Source: Patescibacteria group bacterium (GTDB taxonomy: Bacteria; Patescibacteriota; Patescibacteriia; Patescibacteriales; UBA12465). From it: DNA of 64,000 nucleotides. Every line of letters begins with the position of its first letter. Within the stretch, counting starts at the first letter, position 1. Location: assembly GCA_041650715.1 (NCBI GenBank), contig JBAZKQ010000001.1, positions 518,945 to 582,944 on the forward strand, written 5' to 3'. This document shows positions 37,679 through 47,274 of the stretch, piece after piece. The notes beneath the pieces were generated by a model, which saw nothing but the letters and a program-made list of their open reading frames with translations, was not told the origin of the DNA and ran no database searches. Position numbers and translations under genes: made by a program.

Positions 37679-38890
37679 CTATAAATTTTCGATTTCGTGC
37701 AGGGTTTCTTCGGCGCATTTCCGCCAGCTAAATTTATCGCTTTGCGCCAAGCCCTTCGCCCGCAAATCATGCCGTAATGCTTCATCCTTAATAATTTTAA
37801 CCATGGCAGCGGCGATTGAACGATTATTATTTTGATCGAAATAATACACCGCGTCGCCGGCTACTTCACGCAAAACCGGTAAATCGGAAGCAATTGTCGG
37901 TAGTCCGCAGGCAAGCGATTCCAGTAGCGGTATGCCGAAACCTTCGTGTTTTGTCGGAAAGACAAAGGCACTGGCCGCATTATAAATATAGGGTAGATCC
38001 TCTTCGCTTACCCAGCCCGGAATATAAACCTCATTATTCAAATTAAACTCTTCAATAATATATTTAACTTCATCAAACCCGAAACTGGCATTCCCGATCA
38101 AAACTAATTTTTCTTTGATTTCCGGATTATTTTCGCGAATCAGTGCCAAAGCCTCAATCAGAGCCGGCGTATTCTTCTTTTTTTCCAGACGGCCGACATA
38201 AAGAAAAAAGGGGCGTTCAATATTATATTTAGATAATATGGCGCTCATCTTATTGCTCTCCGGAAGCGGCCGGAATAAATCATGGTCATAACCATTATGA
38301 ACTACCGCCAGTTTCTCTATTTTTGTCTTTGGATAAAGACTGAGAATTTCCTGTTTCGTAAAATCGGAAACGGTAATAATTTTTTTAGCGTGGCGCAACG
38401 CGAAGGCAGTCGACCAATAAAGATAATCAACCGAATCGGAACGATATTTCCCGAGAGTAATAAGCTTAACTAAAAAATTAACCAAGCCGCGGGAACCGAC
38501 GAATTGAGTTTTAACTTTCTCTGAAAAATATAAATTTTGCTCGCGCACGAAAGCGATGTCATGAATCGTATTCACCGTTTTTCGCGGGCTAAAAAGAGGC
38601 AGCGTATGGGCCGGAATAAAAAGGACATCCGGTCGGTGCCAAAGCATTTCGAGAGACAGACGGCCCAGAGTCCAAAAGGAAAAGAGGGGCCAATGTAAAT
38701 ATTTAAAAATGAAATTAGGATTGTCCTTCACCGCTGCCTGAAGTTCGCCGGTCGGCGGCGTATTCAAATATAACCAATAGGTATTCGTTTTGTCGATGCG
38801 AGCTAAGTTTTGAATAAGGTAAAATGAATACCATTCGGTACCGGTTTTACGTTCACGATTGGCGCGCGAGGCATCAATGCCAATAATCAT
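37679..38890 (-). CDS. Family 4 (GT-B) glycosyltransferase
   Basis: 403 aa with EGFGIPLLESLACGLPTIASD motif. Confidence 0.85.
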   Translation of the reverse strand: MIIGIDASRANRERKTGTEWYSFYLIQNLARIDKTNTYWLYLNTPPTGELQAAVKDNPNFIFKYLHWPLFSFWTLGRLSLEMLWHRPDVLFIPAHTLPLFSPRKTVNTIHDIAFVREQNLYFSEKVKTQFVGSRGLVNFLVKLITLGKYRSDSVDYLYWSTAFALRHAKKIITVSDFTKQEILSLYPKTKIEKLAVVHNGYDHDLFRPLPESNKMSAILSKYNIERPFFLYVGRLEKKKNTPALIEALALIRENNPEIKEKLVLIGNASFGFDEVKYIIEEFNLNNEVYIPGWVSEEDLPYIYNAASAFVFPTKHEGFGIPLLESLACGLPTIASDLPVLREVAGDAVYYFDQNNNRSIAAAMVKIIKDEALRHDLRAKGLAQSDKFSWRKCAEETLHEIENL

Positions 38891-38891
38891 A

Positions 38892-38928
38892 AAGACAAAA
38901 ATAAATTCCGGGAAATGAGCCGGAATTT
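38892..38928 (-). terminator. Hairpin plus T-rich tract after the second mreB
   Basis: Perfect 9-bp stem AAATTCCGG/CCGGAATTT (38903..38911 with 38920..38928), followed on the minus strand by ATTTTTGTCTTT. Confidence 0.6.
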
Positions 38929-38930
38929 AA

Positions 38931-39938
38931 TTATTTAGTCGCTAAAATACTACGTTTATATGAATCTAAATTATCTAAAGCAATTCCCGTTCCCTTGACC
39001 ACGCAGAGCATGGCGTCATCGGCCACGTAAGCCGGCACACCGGTCGTACGCGCGATTAATTGATCCATATTGCGCAGCAAGGAGCTGCCGCCGGTCAGCA
39101 CGATTCCTTTATCCATGATATCGGCCGATAACTCAGGCGGCGTTTTTTGCAAAACTTTTTTGGCCGCGGAAATTATCGCTTCCAGCTCATTCTGAATCGC
39201 TTCGGTCACATCATCGCTTGAAACGGTAATACTGCGCGGCAAACCGGTCACAATATCGCGGCCCCGGATTTCCATATGTAATTTATCCTCCATGTATAAT
39301 GCCGAACCGATATTGATTTTAATTTCCTCGGCTGTTCTTTCTCCGATCGCTAAATTATATTTCTTGCGGACATACTCTAAAATCGCGGCGTCGAATTTAT
39401 TGCCGCCCACCCGAACGGAAGTCGAGGCGACCACACCGCCTAAAGAAATAACTGCCATTTCCGCCGTGCCGCCACCAATATCAATCACCATATGGCCGGT
39501 TGCCGAACCGATCGGAATATCTGCGCCAATCGCCGCGGCGACCGGTTCTTTAATGATATAAGCCGCCTTCGCGCCCGCCGCGATAGTCGCTTCAATTACG
39601 GCCCGACGTTCGGTTGAAGAAATGCCCGCCGGCACGGCGACCATCACTTCCGGACGAAAGAGGCGGATACCGCCCAAAGTTTTATTGATAAAATAACGAA
39701 TCATGGCTTCGGTCGCTTTATAGTCGGCAATCACGCCGTCTTTAAGCGGACGAACGGCCGTAATCGTATCCGGCGTACGCCCAATCATATCCTTAGCCTC
39801 GTTACCGACAGCCAAGATTTTTTTATCAGTTACCGAAACCGCCACCACACTCGGCTCATTAATAACAATCCCGCGTTTCGGCAGGTGGACAAGCGTATAA
39901 GTTGTTCCGAGATCAATCCCGATTCTTTTGATAAACAT
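38931..39938 (-). CDS. MreB-like actin homolog (second paralog)
   Basis: 335 aa with GIDLGTTYT, DIGGGTAEMAVISLGG and LTGGSSLL; by eye roughly half the residues match the mreB at 44674..45714. Confidence 0.88.
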   Translation of the reverse strand: MFIKRIGIDLGTTYTLVHLPKRGIVINEPSVVAVSVTDKKILAVGNEAKDMIGRTPDTITAVRPLKDGVIADYKATEAMIRYFINKTLGGIRLFRPEVMVAVPAGISSTERRAVIEATIAAGAKAAYIIKEPVAAAIGADIPIGSATGHMVIDIGGGTAEMAVISLGGVVASTSVRVGGNKFDAAILEYVRKKYNLAIGERTAEEIKINIGSALYMEDKLHMEIRGRDIVTGLPRSITVSSDDVTEAIQNELEAIISAAKKVLQKTPPELSADIMDKGIVLTGGSSLLRNMDQLIARTTGVPAYVADDAMLCVVKGTGIALDNLDSYKRSILATK

Positions 39939-39995
39939 AATAAAAACTCAACTAACTCATCTTAGTATTTTTCGATGTTTTAGTCAAATATGCGA

Positions 39996-40427
39996 TTATT
40001 CTTCGTAGTCTCTGTCCTCATTTTCGCTCCCCTCCTCTTTTTCCTTATTGGCAATAATTTTTTTAACTTTTTCGGCAAATTCAAAGGTGTCGAATTCTTC
40101 TTTGAAGAAAAAATAGTCGGCGCCGAGCTCAAGCGAGCGGCTGCGGCTATCTTCGTCGCTTAAATCCGTAAATATAAAAATTTCTTTTTCGCTTAGTTCG
40201 TCGTCAGCCTTAATTCTTTTAATCACGTCAAAGCCGTCTATTTTAGGCAAAATTAAATCTAAAATAATATAATCGGGATCGAAGTCTTTAATTTCCGACA
40301 TCAGCTCATCGATTTCTTCTTCCGCTTCGCTCACCTCGACTTCATGGTCGGCCGCAGTCAGTTGCGCTTCCAATCCGTATAAAATGTTGGCATCGTCCTC
40401 GACGATGAATATTTTTTTGCTTTTCAT
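39996..40427 (-). CDS. Stand-alone response-regulator receiver domain with an acidic tail
   Basis: 143 aa: KIFIVEDD..., an IILDLILPKIDG phospho-acceptor context, no output domain, and a C-terminal EKEEGSENEDRDYEE. Confidence 0.8.
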   Translation of the reverse strand: MKSKKIFIVEDDANILYGLEAQLTAADHEVEVSEAEEEIDELMSEIKDFDPDYIILDLILPKIDGFDVIKRIKADDELSEKEIFIFTDLSDEDSRSRSLELGADYFFFKEEFDTFEFAEKVKKIIANKEKEEGSENEDRDYEE

Positions 40428-40431
40428 ATAT

Positions 40432-41397
40432 TTATTTTTTTAATTTTTGCCACCAATTAATATTATTCTTATACCACGCAACCGTATTTTTAATCCCTTC
40501 GGTAAAATCGATTTGCGGTTCCCAGCCTAATTCTCTTTTCGCTTTTGTAAAATCAATCGCGTAGCGCAGATCATGGCCGAGCCGATCGGAAACATACTCG
40601 ATCATCTCTTTATTCTGGCCCATGATTTCAAGGATTAAGTCGGTGATTTCTAAATTGCTTTTCTCGCTGTTCCCGCCCAGGCAATAAGTTTCGCCGATCT
40701 TCCCCTTCTTAATGATAAAGTCCACACCGCGATTATGGTCATCGACATGAATCCAATCCCGCACATTTTTTCCGGCGCCATAAACCGGTACTTTCTTCCC
40801 GGCAATTAAATTAGTGACAAAGAGCGGAATTAATTTTTCCGGATACTGGTAGGGGCCATAATTATTGGAACAATTGGAAATAGTAATCGGTAATTTATGG
40901 ATATGGTAATATGCTCTAACTAAATGATCGGCGGCCGCTTTCGAAGCGCTATAAGGAGAGCGCGGATCATAAGGAGTAGCTTCGGTAAATTTTGGCGCGT
41001 CCATGGCCAAGGAGCCAAAAACTTCGTCGGTCGAAATATGATGGAAACGAATATTACCATTATTCTTAGCCGCTTCAAGCAAAACGCGCGTTCCCTCGAC
41101 ATTAGTTTTAATAAAATTGGCGCTATCTTTAATCGAACGATCAACGTGGCTTTCGGCAGCAAAATGAACAATCAAATCTATTCCCTTGACTGCCGCGCTA
41201 ACCGTTTCTTCATCGGTAATATCTCCCTTAATAAATTTATAATTCGGATTATTTTCGACGTCGCTCAGATTCTCCAAATTACCGGCGTAAGTTAAAACAT
41301 CAAGATTCACGATCGAATCCTCGGGATAATTTCGCAACCAATAATGGATAAAGTTTGAACCGATAAAACCGGCGCCGCCGGTGACAAGAATCTTCAT
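40432..41397 (-). CDS. rfbB: dTDP-glucose 4,6-dehydratase
   Basis: TGGAGFIGSNF, HISTDEVFG and YSASKAAADHL motifs; 321 aa. Confidence 0.9.
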   Translation of the reverse strand: MKILVTGGAGFIGSNFIHYWLRNYPEDSIVNLDVLTYAGNLENLSDVENNPNYKFIKGDITDEETVSAAVKGIDLIVHFAAESHVDRSIKDSANFIKTNVEGTRVLLEAAKNNGNIRFHHISTDEVFGSLAMDAPKFTEATPYDPRSPYSASKAAADHLVRAYYHIHKLPITISNCSNNYGPYQYPEKLIPLFVTNLIAGKKVPVYGAGKNVRDWIHVDDHNRGVDFIIKKGKIGETYCLGGNSEKSNLEITDLILEIMGQNKEMIEYVSDRLGHDLRYAIDFTKAKRELGWEPQIDFTEGIKNTVAWYKNNINWWQKLKK

Positions 41398-41401
41398 AAA
41401 C

Positions 41402-41797
41402 TTAACTCGTTAATTTTTTAAGCATAAGCGCCGCTGCGCCTTCGGCATAATCGCTTTGCGGCCAAGTCACATGGCCATCGCCTTCATGGCGCGGAATAAG
41501 GTGAAAATGTAAATGCGGCACGCCTTGCCCCGCAACTGGATCATTGTTCTCCGTCACATTATAACCTGCCACGCCTAATTTGTCTTTAAGCAATTTTCCC
41601 ATCTTCTTAATAACTTTTACGAGCTCTATCAAGACGTCTTCGGGCGTTTCTTCAATATTAGCATAGTGCTGTTTTGGTAAGACTAAAAGGTGGCCGGGAT
41701 TAACCGGCTTGATATCCAAAAATACTAAAACCTGATCATCTTCATAAACTTGATAACACGGAATTTCGTGATTAATTATTTTACAAAAAATACACAT
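41402..41797 (-). CDS. HIT family (Hint-like) protein
   Basis: 131 aa with CIFCKII...PVNPGHLLVLPK...HLHFHLIP histidine triad. Confidence 0.88.
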   Translation of the reverse strand: MCIFCKIINHEIPCYQVYEDDQVLVFLDIKPVNPGHLLVLPKQHYANIEETPEDVLIELVKVIKKMGKLLKDKLGVAGYNVTENNDPVAGQGVPHLHFHLIPRHEGDGHVTWPQSDYAEGAAALMLKKLTS

Positions 41798-41808
41798 CTG
41801 GTATTTAT

Positions 41809-42261
41809 TTAATCGATCTTATAAGGGCTATCGGTCATTTTTTCCCAGCGGATTTCATCAATTTCATCTTTCTTGGCGACTCCCTTATATAATTTATCGG
41901 GAAAATTTATCGATGTCGCCGGGCTATCGGAAATACATTTATAGCCGTGGACGACTCCCGGCGGAACAATCACGGTGCAAGGATGGCTGGCACCCACCAC
42001 CAGCTCTAACTTTTCCCCTTTAGTCTCGGAGTCGGCGCGCCGATCCCAAAGATAAAGCTTGAAATCGCCGCTTCCCGGAAAAATAAAATAATCAGTTTGA
42101 TAAACATGCTCGTGCGGCCCGCGCACAATTCCCGGCAAGGTTACGCTCAGGTATGACATCGCCACGCCCGAATCGACTTCGTCACGACGATATATTTCCA
42201 TCAAATAACCGCGCTCGTCTTCGTATTTAGCCAATTCTTTTATTATGACTCCCTTAATCAT
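41809..42261 (-). CDS. RmlC-like cupin (dTDP-4-dehydrorhamnose 3,5-epimerase-related)
   Basis: 150 aa with YEDERGYLMEIYR and VRGPHEH...GVVHGY; shorter than canonical RmlC. Confidence 0.6.
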   Translation of the reverse strand: MIKGVIIKELAKYEDERGYLMEIYRRDEVDSGVAMSYLSVTLPGIVRGPHEHVYQTDYFIFPGSGDFKLYLWDRRADSETKGEKLELVVGASHPCTVIVPPGVVHGYKCISDSPATSINFPDKLYKGVAKKDEIDEIRWEKMTDSPYKID

Positions 42262-42265
42262 ATTT

Positions 42266-43258
42266 TTATTTCTTTAATAATTTTTTAACAATCAACCCGT
42301 TCTGGGCGCCCAGATGGGAAACTTTAGCGGCCGCATTTTTTAAGCCCAAATTTAAGGCAAAATCAATATTGCCCGTCTGCGCATAGCCGGCGGCAAAGGA
42401 GGAATTAAAGACATCGCCGATGCCGGTCGTATCCACGCGTTTTTTTTCTTTAATTATTTTATGGCGATAAATTTTTTGGCCGTCATAAGCGACAACGCCG
42501 TCTCCGCCCAAAGTAATCATCACGATTTCCGGCCCAAAACTTTTAATGATGGCCAAAAGGTTCTCTTCTTTGTCTAAAAAGGAGCGATTTAGCTTCCGGT
42601 GTTTTTCCGAGCTCATCACGAGCTCCGTCGCTTCATCCTTATTTAAAGCAAAAACAGTCGTCTTTTTAAGAAATGGTGCCAATTTTTTTAGTCCGCCGAC
42701 ATACTGGCTCGAACCGGGATTCCAGTATATTTTTGGCCCCTGCGCGCCGACCACCGAAAAAATATTTTCCAAGGTTTTGCGCCACGCGCCGGACAAAGAG
42801 GCTAAGTAGATATTAGCCGTTTGTTTCAGAGCCTTGAGGTCATCGGCTTTAAGCTGCAGCTCGCGGTTAGCGCCGCGCGAACCGAAAATTATCCGTTCGC
42901 CGCTCGGCTCGATAAGAATAAAAGAAGAACCGCTGGCTTCAGCCGGACTAACTTTCATCAATTTAGTTTCAACTTTATGTTTGTTTAAATTTCGGATTAT
43001 CAGAGCGCCGTTTTCATCTTTGCCCACATTGGCAAGGCAAGCTGTTTTCAAACCAAAGTTGGCCAAGCAAACAGCCGCATTAGTCGCGCCGCCCCCATAG
43101 GCATAATAGAACTTATCAACTTTAATTTTTGCACCGATTTCAAAGCCAATGAGCTGCTGACGCAAAATATCCTTCTTATTGTTTATGATCACTCCTTGAC
43201 CAGTAAAAAAGGAAATGTCGCGGGTCGCGCCGCCGATTGTAATAAAATCGTATTTCAT
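42266..43258 (-). CDS. PfkB-family carbohydrate kinase
   Basis: 330 aa with an N-terminal GGATRD...GGGATNAA and a C-terminal DTTGIGDVF. Confidence 0.85.
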   Translation of the reverse strand: MKYDFITIGGATRDISFFTGQGVIINNKKDILRQQLIGFEIGAKIKVDKFYYAYGGGATNAAVCLANFGLKTACLANVGKDENGALIIRNLNKHKVETKLMKVSPAEASGSSFILIEPSGERIIFGSRGANRELQLKADDLKALKQTANIYLASLSGAWRKTLENIFSVVGAQGPKIYWNPGSSQYVGGLKKLAPFLKKTTVFALNKDEATELVMSSEKHRKLNRSFLDKEENLLAIIKSFGPEIVMITLGGDGVVAYDGQKIYRHKIIKEKKRVDTTGIGDVFNSSFAAGYAQTGNIDFALNLGLKNAAAKVSHLGAQNGLIVKKLLKK

Positions 43259-43306
43259 ATCATTCTCATTAAAAAATTAAAAGCGATTGGATATGCCGAA
43301 ATTGTA

Positions 43307-43849
43307 TCATATAAAGGATTTCTTTTCCAAAAAGAAGGGTTTGATGCGGCGGGAAACGAGAGCGGCCAAATTAAAGAAAATAAGAGAAGCGAGCAGACTC
43401 CAGCCGGCTTGATATAGCAAAGTAATCCAAAAATTTCCCTGGGTAAGAAAAAAGGCCGTATAATCCGAGCTGAATATGTATAAAACAATGGCCGCTAAAA
43501 AATTATAAAAAACCGTAATGACGATAAGGAGCGCCGACAAGGCATAGAGCGAACGATTAGTTAACCAATTTTTCAAAATCCACTGGGCTAAAAGCAGGCT
43601 CGCAAAAATAATTAGCAAATAGAACCCAAAGGAATAGAAGGACAAGACATCGAGCCAAAAACCGGCCAAGAGCGCGGCCACCAAGGCCGAGCGGAAATCC
43701 ATAAAAAATAGGGTGAAAATCAAAACGGTCAGAATGAGATTGAATTGGCGAAAGGGCGCGGGCAAGGCGCTCACAAAAGAAAACTGAACCAGAACCAAAA
43801 AAGATACGATTAGAAAAACACTGATAATTTGTCCGGTTCTCTTCAGCAT
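43307..43849 (-). CDS. mreD: Rod shape-determining protein MreD-like
   Basis: 180 aa with about 5 TM helices; immediately follows mreC. Confidence 0.7.
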   Translation of the reverse strand: MLKRTGQIISVFLIVSFLVLVQFSFVSALPAPFRQFNLILTVLIFTLFFMDFRSALVAALLAGFWLDVLSFYSFGFYLLIIFASLLLAQWILKNWLTNRSLYALSALLIVITVFYNFLAAIVLYIFSSDYTAFFLTQGNFWITLLYQAGWSLLASLIFFNLAALVSRRIKPFFLEKKSFI

Positions 43850-43851
43850 AT

Positions 43852-44664
43852 TTAAGGAATAATTACGGCGACGACAGTCAGATTATTTAAATTAACGAGC
43901 GGCTCAATCGTCGCATCTTGCCAAACCTCATTGCTTTCGTTGCGGACTTCAATTATTTTTCCAATAACCAGGCCGCGCGGAATGCTGCCGCCAAGCCCGG
44001 AACTGATGACCGTATCGCCAGCCGAAATTTTTTCAAGTTGCGGAATATAACTCATTTTAATCGTCAAACCTAAATCACCATCGGTGATTCCCTGCGTCTG
44101 CGTTTGATTCTGGATAGCGGCCGCTAACTTGCACTCCGGACTGGTCGTCAGGCAAATTTTCGCGCTGGTTTCTTTGGCCTCAATTACTTTACCGATAATC
44201 ACGCCTTCTTCGCTCACGACGCCTTGGCCGATAGCCACACCGTCATTAGTCCCCTTGTTAATAATGAGGTCCTGGCCGTTCTCCGTTTCTTCCGTGATTG
44301 ACTCGCGCGCAATTACCGCGGCTGAGACAGATTTATATTTATTGTCATTAACGAATTTTAATAAATTACGGAGTTTTTCATTTTCATTAAGAATTTCTTT
44401 CTGCTGGGAATTGGCGACAGTAAGAGCGGCCACCTCATTCGTTAATTCGGAAACGCGCGCCGAAAGGGCTGCCTGAGTTTCACGCTCAGAATATGATCGG
44501 CTAAACATGTTGCCCCAGCGGTAGAATTGTCCGTTAACCGGCTTGGCCCAATTAAGAATTACATTTTCGAGCGGGCGTAAGGCACCGATGCCATGTAAAA
44601 AAACCAGCAGTCCGAAAACTACCAGAAAAATTAAAATTAGATTGTTTTTTTTAATTCGTTTCAT
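43852..44664 (-). CDS. mreC: Rod shape-determining protein MreC
   Basis: 270 aa with an N-terminal TM helix, a coiled segment, then GDTVISSGLGGSIPRGLVIGKI beta-barrel motifs. Confidence 0.85.
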   Translation of the reverse strand: MKRIKKNNLILIFLVVFGLLVFLHGIGALRPLENVILNWAKPVNGQFYRWGNMFSRSYSERETQAALSARVSELTNEVAALTVANSQQKEILNENEKLRNLLKFVNDNKYKSVSAAVIARESITEETENGQDLIINKGTNDGVAIGQGVVSEEGVIIGKVIEAKETSAKICLTTSPECKLAAAIQNQTQTQGITDGDLGLTIKMSYIPQLEKISAGDTVISSGLGGSIPRGLVIGKIIEVRNESNEVWQDATIEPLVNLNNLTVVAVIIP

Positions 44665-44673
44665 GAAAAAAAT

Positions 44674-45714
44674 TTATTCTTGGTTATTCGCCAAAACCAC
44701 TTTCTCCAGCAGCTCCTTGTTGCCCAAAAGCAAACCCGTGCCACGCACGACGCAAGTTAGCGGGTCATCCACAATTTTTACCGGAATCTTGGCGGCGGCC
44801 GAAATGGCTTGATCAAGGCCGCGCAGAAGAGCGCCTCCCCCGGACAGATACAGGCCGCGTTCATAAATATCGGATACTAATTCCGGCGGCGTCGTTTCCA
44901 AAATAGTTTTTATGGTTTCAATAATCTTTAAAACGGTGCGGCTAATCGCCTCTCGAACTTGCTTGTCGCTAATCATGATCGCTTTCGGCAAGCCGGTTAA
45001 AAGATCGCGCCCGCGTACTTCAATTTCTTTCGCTTCTTCAAGCGGCACGGCCGACCCGATTCCGATTTTAATGCTTTCAGCCAGCTGTTCACCGATTAAA
45101 ATATTAAATTCCTCGCGGATATACTCAATAATATTATTATCAAATTCATTGCCGGCTGCTTTGAGCGAGCGCCAAGTAACTACTCCGCCCAGAGAAATAA
45201 CGGCGATTTCGCTGGTTCCGCCGCCAATATCGACAATCATGGTCGCCGTCGCTTCCGTTACCGGCAGGCGAGCGCCGATAGCGGCGGCCATCGCTTCTTC
45301 AATTAAATATACCTTGCGCGCTCCGGCCGATCGCGCCGCATCTTCAACCGCCTTTTTCTCTACCTCGGTTAAATCAAGCGGAATACCGATAACCACGCGC
45401 GGACGCGAAATTAAAGTAAAATTCTCACTATGCACTTTATTAATAAAATACTTCAACATTTTTTCTGTAATTTCAAAATCAGAAATGACGCCATCCACAA
45501 GCGGCTTGATCGCTTCAATATGGCCCGGCGTTTTACCAACCATTTTTTTGGCCGCTTCACCGACCTCAAGGATTTCATTAGTTCTTTTGTTGATCGCGAC
45601 TACGCTCGGTTCGTTAACAACAATTCCTTTATCGGCAACATAAACCAGGGTATTACGCGTACCGAGGTCGATTCCTAAATCATGACTGAATTTTCCGAGC
45701 AGGTTATTGAACAT
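44674..45714 (-). CDS. mreB: Rod shape-determining protein MreB
   Basis: 346 aa with GIDLGTRNT, DIGGGTSEIAVISLGG and LSGGGALLRGLD. Confidence 0.93.
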   Translation of the reverse strand: MFNNLLGKFSHDLGIDLGTRNTLVYVADKGIVVNEPSVVAINKRTNEILEVGEAAKKMVGKTPGHIEAIKPLVDGVISDFEITEKMLKYFINKVHSENFTLISRPRVVIGIPLDLTEVEKKAVEDAARSAGARKVYLIEEAMAAAIGARLPVTEATATMIVDIGGGTSEIAVISLGGVVTWRSLKAAGNEFDNNIIEYIREEFNILIGEQLAESIKIGIGSAVPLEEAKEIEVRGRDLLTGLPKAIMISDKQVREAISRTVLKIIETIKTILETTPPELVSDIYERGLYLSGGGALLRGLDQAISAAAKIPVKIVDDPLTCVVRGTGLLLGNKELLEKVVLANNQE

Positions 45715-45770
45715 ATATAAAGATTCTTTTAATTAATAATGGGGGCGAAACAATCAAGAGTAGCTAAAAA

Positions 45771-47207
45771 TTAATAACATTTTGCAAAGAGCCAATCGTG
45801 CTTAGCCGGCTGGCCGCTAATAAAACATTTTTTATTTTTTGGTTTTACTCCTTCTTTGTCCGATAGGAGCACCCGAGAAACAATACCAAATTTTTCTTTC
45901 AATTGCTTTTCCGTCGCCGCGTCTTCACTCCAGCTCGCTTCAAACCAGCCACTTTGCTCCTTAATTTCGTCCCAGCTTTCAATGCGGTGGATGTTTTTTT
46001 GTGAAAACTCTGTCGCTTGAGTAAATAAATTCTGATGAATTTCCGTCATTAACTCCGGTAAGCGTTTCGCTAATTCGGTTTGCGCCAGAACTTCCTTAGT
46101 GCCGGTATCACGCCTAAAGATAGTCAATTTATTTTCCGCCACTTCTTTCAAACCGATTTCGAGCCGCACCGGCACGCCGCGCACTTCCCAATAATTAAAT
46201 TTAAAACCGGGAGTTTGGCTGTCGCGCGCATCGATTTTAACGCGGTATTTATCTTGCCACTCTTTTTTAATATTTTCACAATAATTTAAAACCTGTTCAC
46301 GCGCCGCCTCGTCTTTATAAATCGGCACGATGACCATTTGAACCGGCGCGATATTCGGCGGCAAACGCAAACCGTTGTCGTCGCCGTGGACCATAATTAA
46401 AGCACCCACCGAACGCCAGGATAAACCCCAGCTATTTTGGTGGCCAAAATGAAATTCTCCGTCCGCTCCTAAATATTTAACATCAAAAACTTCAGCAAAA
46501 TTGGTTCCCAGATAATGGCTGGTTGCACCTTGAATTGCCTTGCCGTCTTTCGCCATTACTTCAGCAGTAAGAGTCATAACGGCGCCGGCGAATTTTTCGC
46601 TTTCCGATTTACGGCCGCTAAAAGTCGGGATGGCCATGAATTCATAAACGGAATTATATATACCGAGCATTTTTTCAACTTCCGCACGCGCTTCGGCTTC
46701 AGTCGCAAAAACAGTATGGCCTTCCTGCCAGAGAAATTCACTCCAGCGCAAAAAAGCCCGCGGCCGCTTTTCCCAGCGCACGACGTTCGCCCATTGGTTT
46801 AAGCGCAGCGGTAAATCTTTATAGCTTTGAATCCATTTAGAATAAGTCTTATACATCGCCGCTTCGCTCGTCGGACGAATCGCTAATTTATTGACGAGCT
46901 CTTCCCCGCCGGCATGAGTTACTATCGCGAGTTCGGGCGCAAAGCCTTCAACGTGATCTTTCTCCGCTTCTAAATTTTCGAGCGGGACAAAAATCGGAAA
47001 ATAAACATTTTCCACGCCGTCCGCTTCCAGTTGACGGCTCAACTCCGCTTTAATCAGTTCCCAAATTTTTAAACCGTAAGGTCGGACAATGCCGCAACCG
47101 CGTACTTCCGAAACCTCAGCGAGTTCCGCCTCTTTAACCACATCCTGATACCAGGCCGGAAAATCGACGGATTGCTTAGTTATGGTTCTTTTTTCGTTAA
47201 TCGCCAT
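45771..47207 (-). CDS. proS: Prolyl-tRNA synthetase, archaeal/eukaryote-like type
   Basis: 478 aa with no bacterial INS editing insertion, a C-terminal extension, and a terminal Tyr (...FAKCY), as in the archaeal-type enzyme. Confidence 0.88.
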   Translation of the reverse strand: MAINEKRTITKQSVDFPAWYQDVVKEAELAEVSEVRGCGIVRPYGLKIWELIKAELSRQLEADGVENVYFPIFVPLENLEAEKDHVEGFAPELAIVTHAGGEELVNKLAIRPTSEAAMYKTYSKWIQSYKDLPLRLNQWANVVRWEKRPRAFLRWSEFLWQEGHTVFATEAEARAEVEKMLGIYNSVYEFMAIPTFSGRKSESEKFAGAVMTLTAEVMAKDGKAIQGATSHYLGTNFAEVFDVKYLGADGEFHFGHQNSWGLSWRSVGALIMVHGDDNGLRLPPNIAPVQMVIVPIYKDEAAREQVLNYCENIKKEWQDKYRVKIDARDSQTPGFKFNYWEVRGVPVRLEIGLKEVAENKLTIFRRDTGTKEVLAQTELAKRLPELMTEIHQNLFTQATEFSQKNIHRIESWDEIKEQSGWFEASWSEDAATEKQLKEKFGIVSRVLLSDKEGVKPKNKKCFISGQPAKHDWLFAKCY

Positions 47208-47274
47208 ATATTCTAATTGTTGAATTTTTGAGCTCTTTTCTATTATCCTAACTTAAAAAAAGCCTCCTGTAAAG

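Noticed and set aside
44912-45643. A 243-aa plus-strand ORF antisense to mreB, and a similar 89-aa one at 39292..39561 antisense to the second mreB.
   Set aside because: These are shadow ORFs. Their sequences are low-complexity (S/T/P/I/A-rich, PPPIS...) and fully nested in strongly supported MreB genes. I see no promoter or independent signal.
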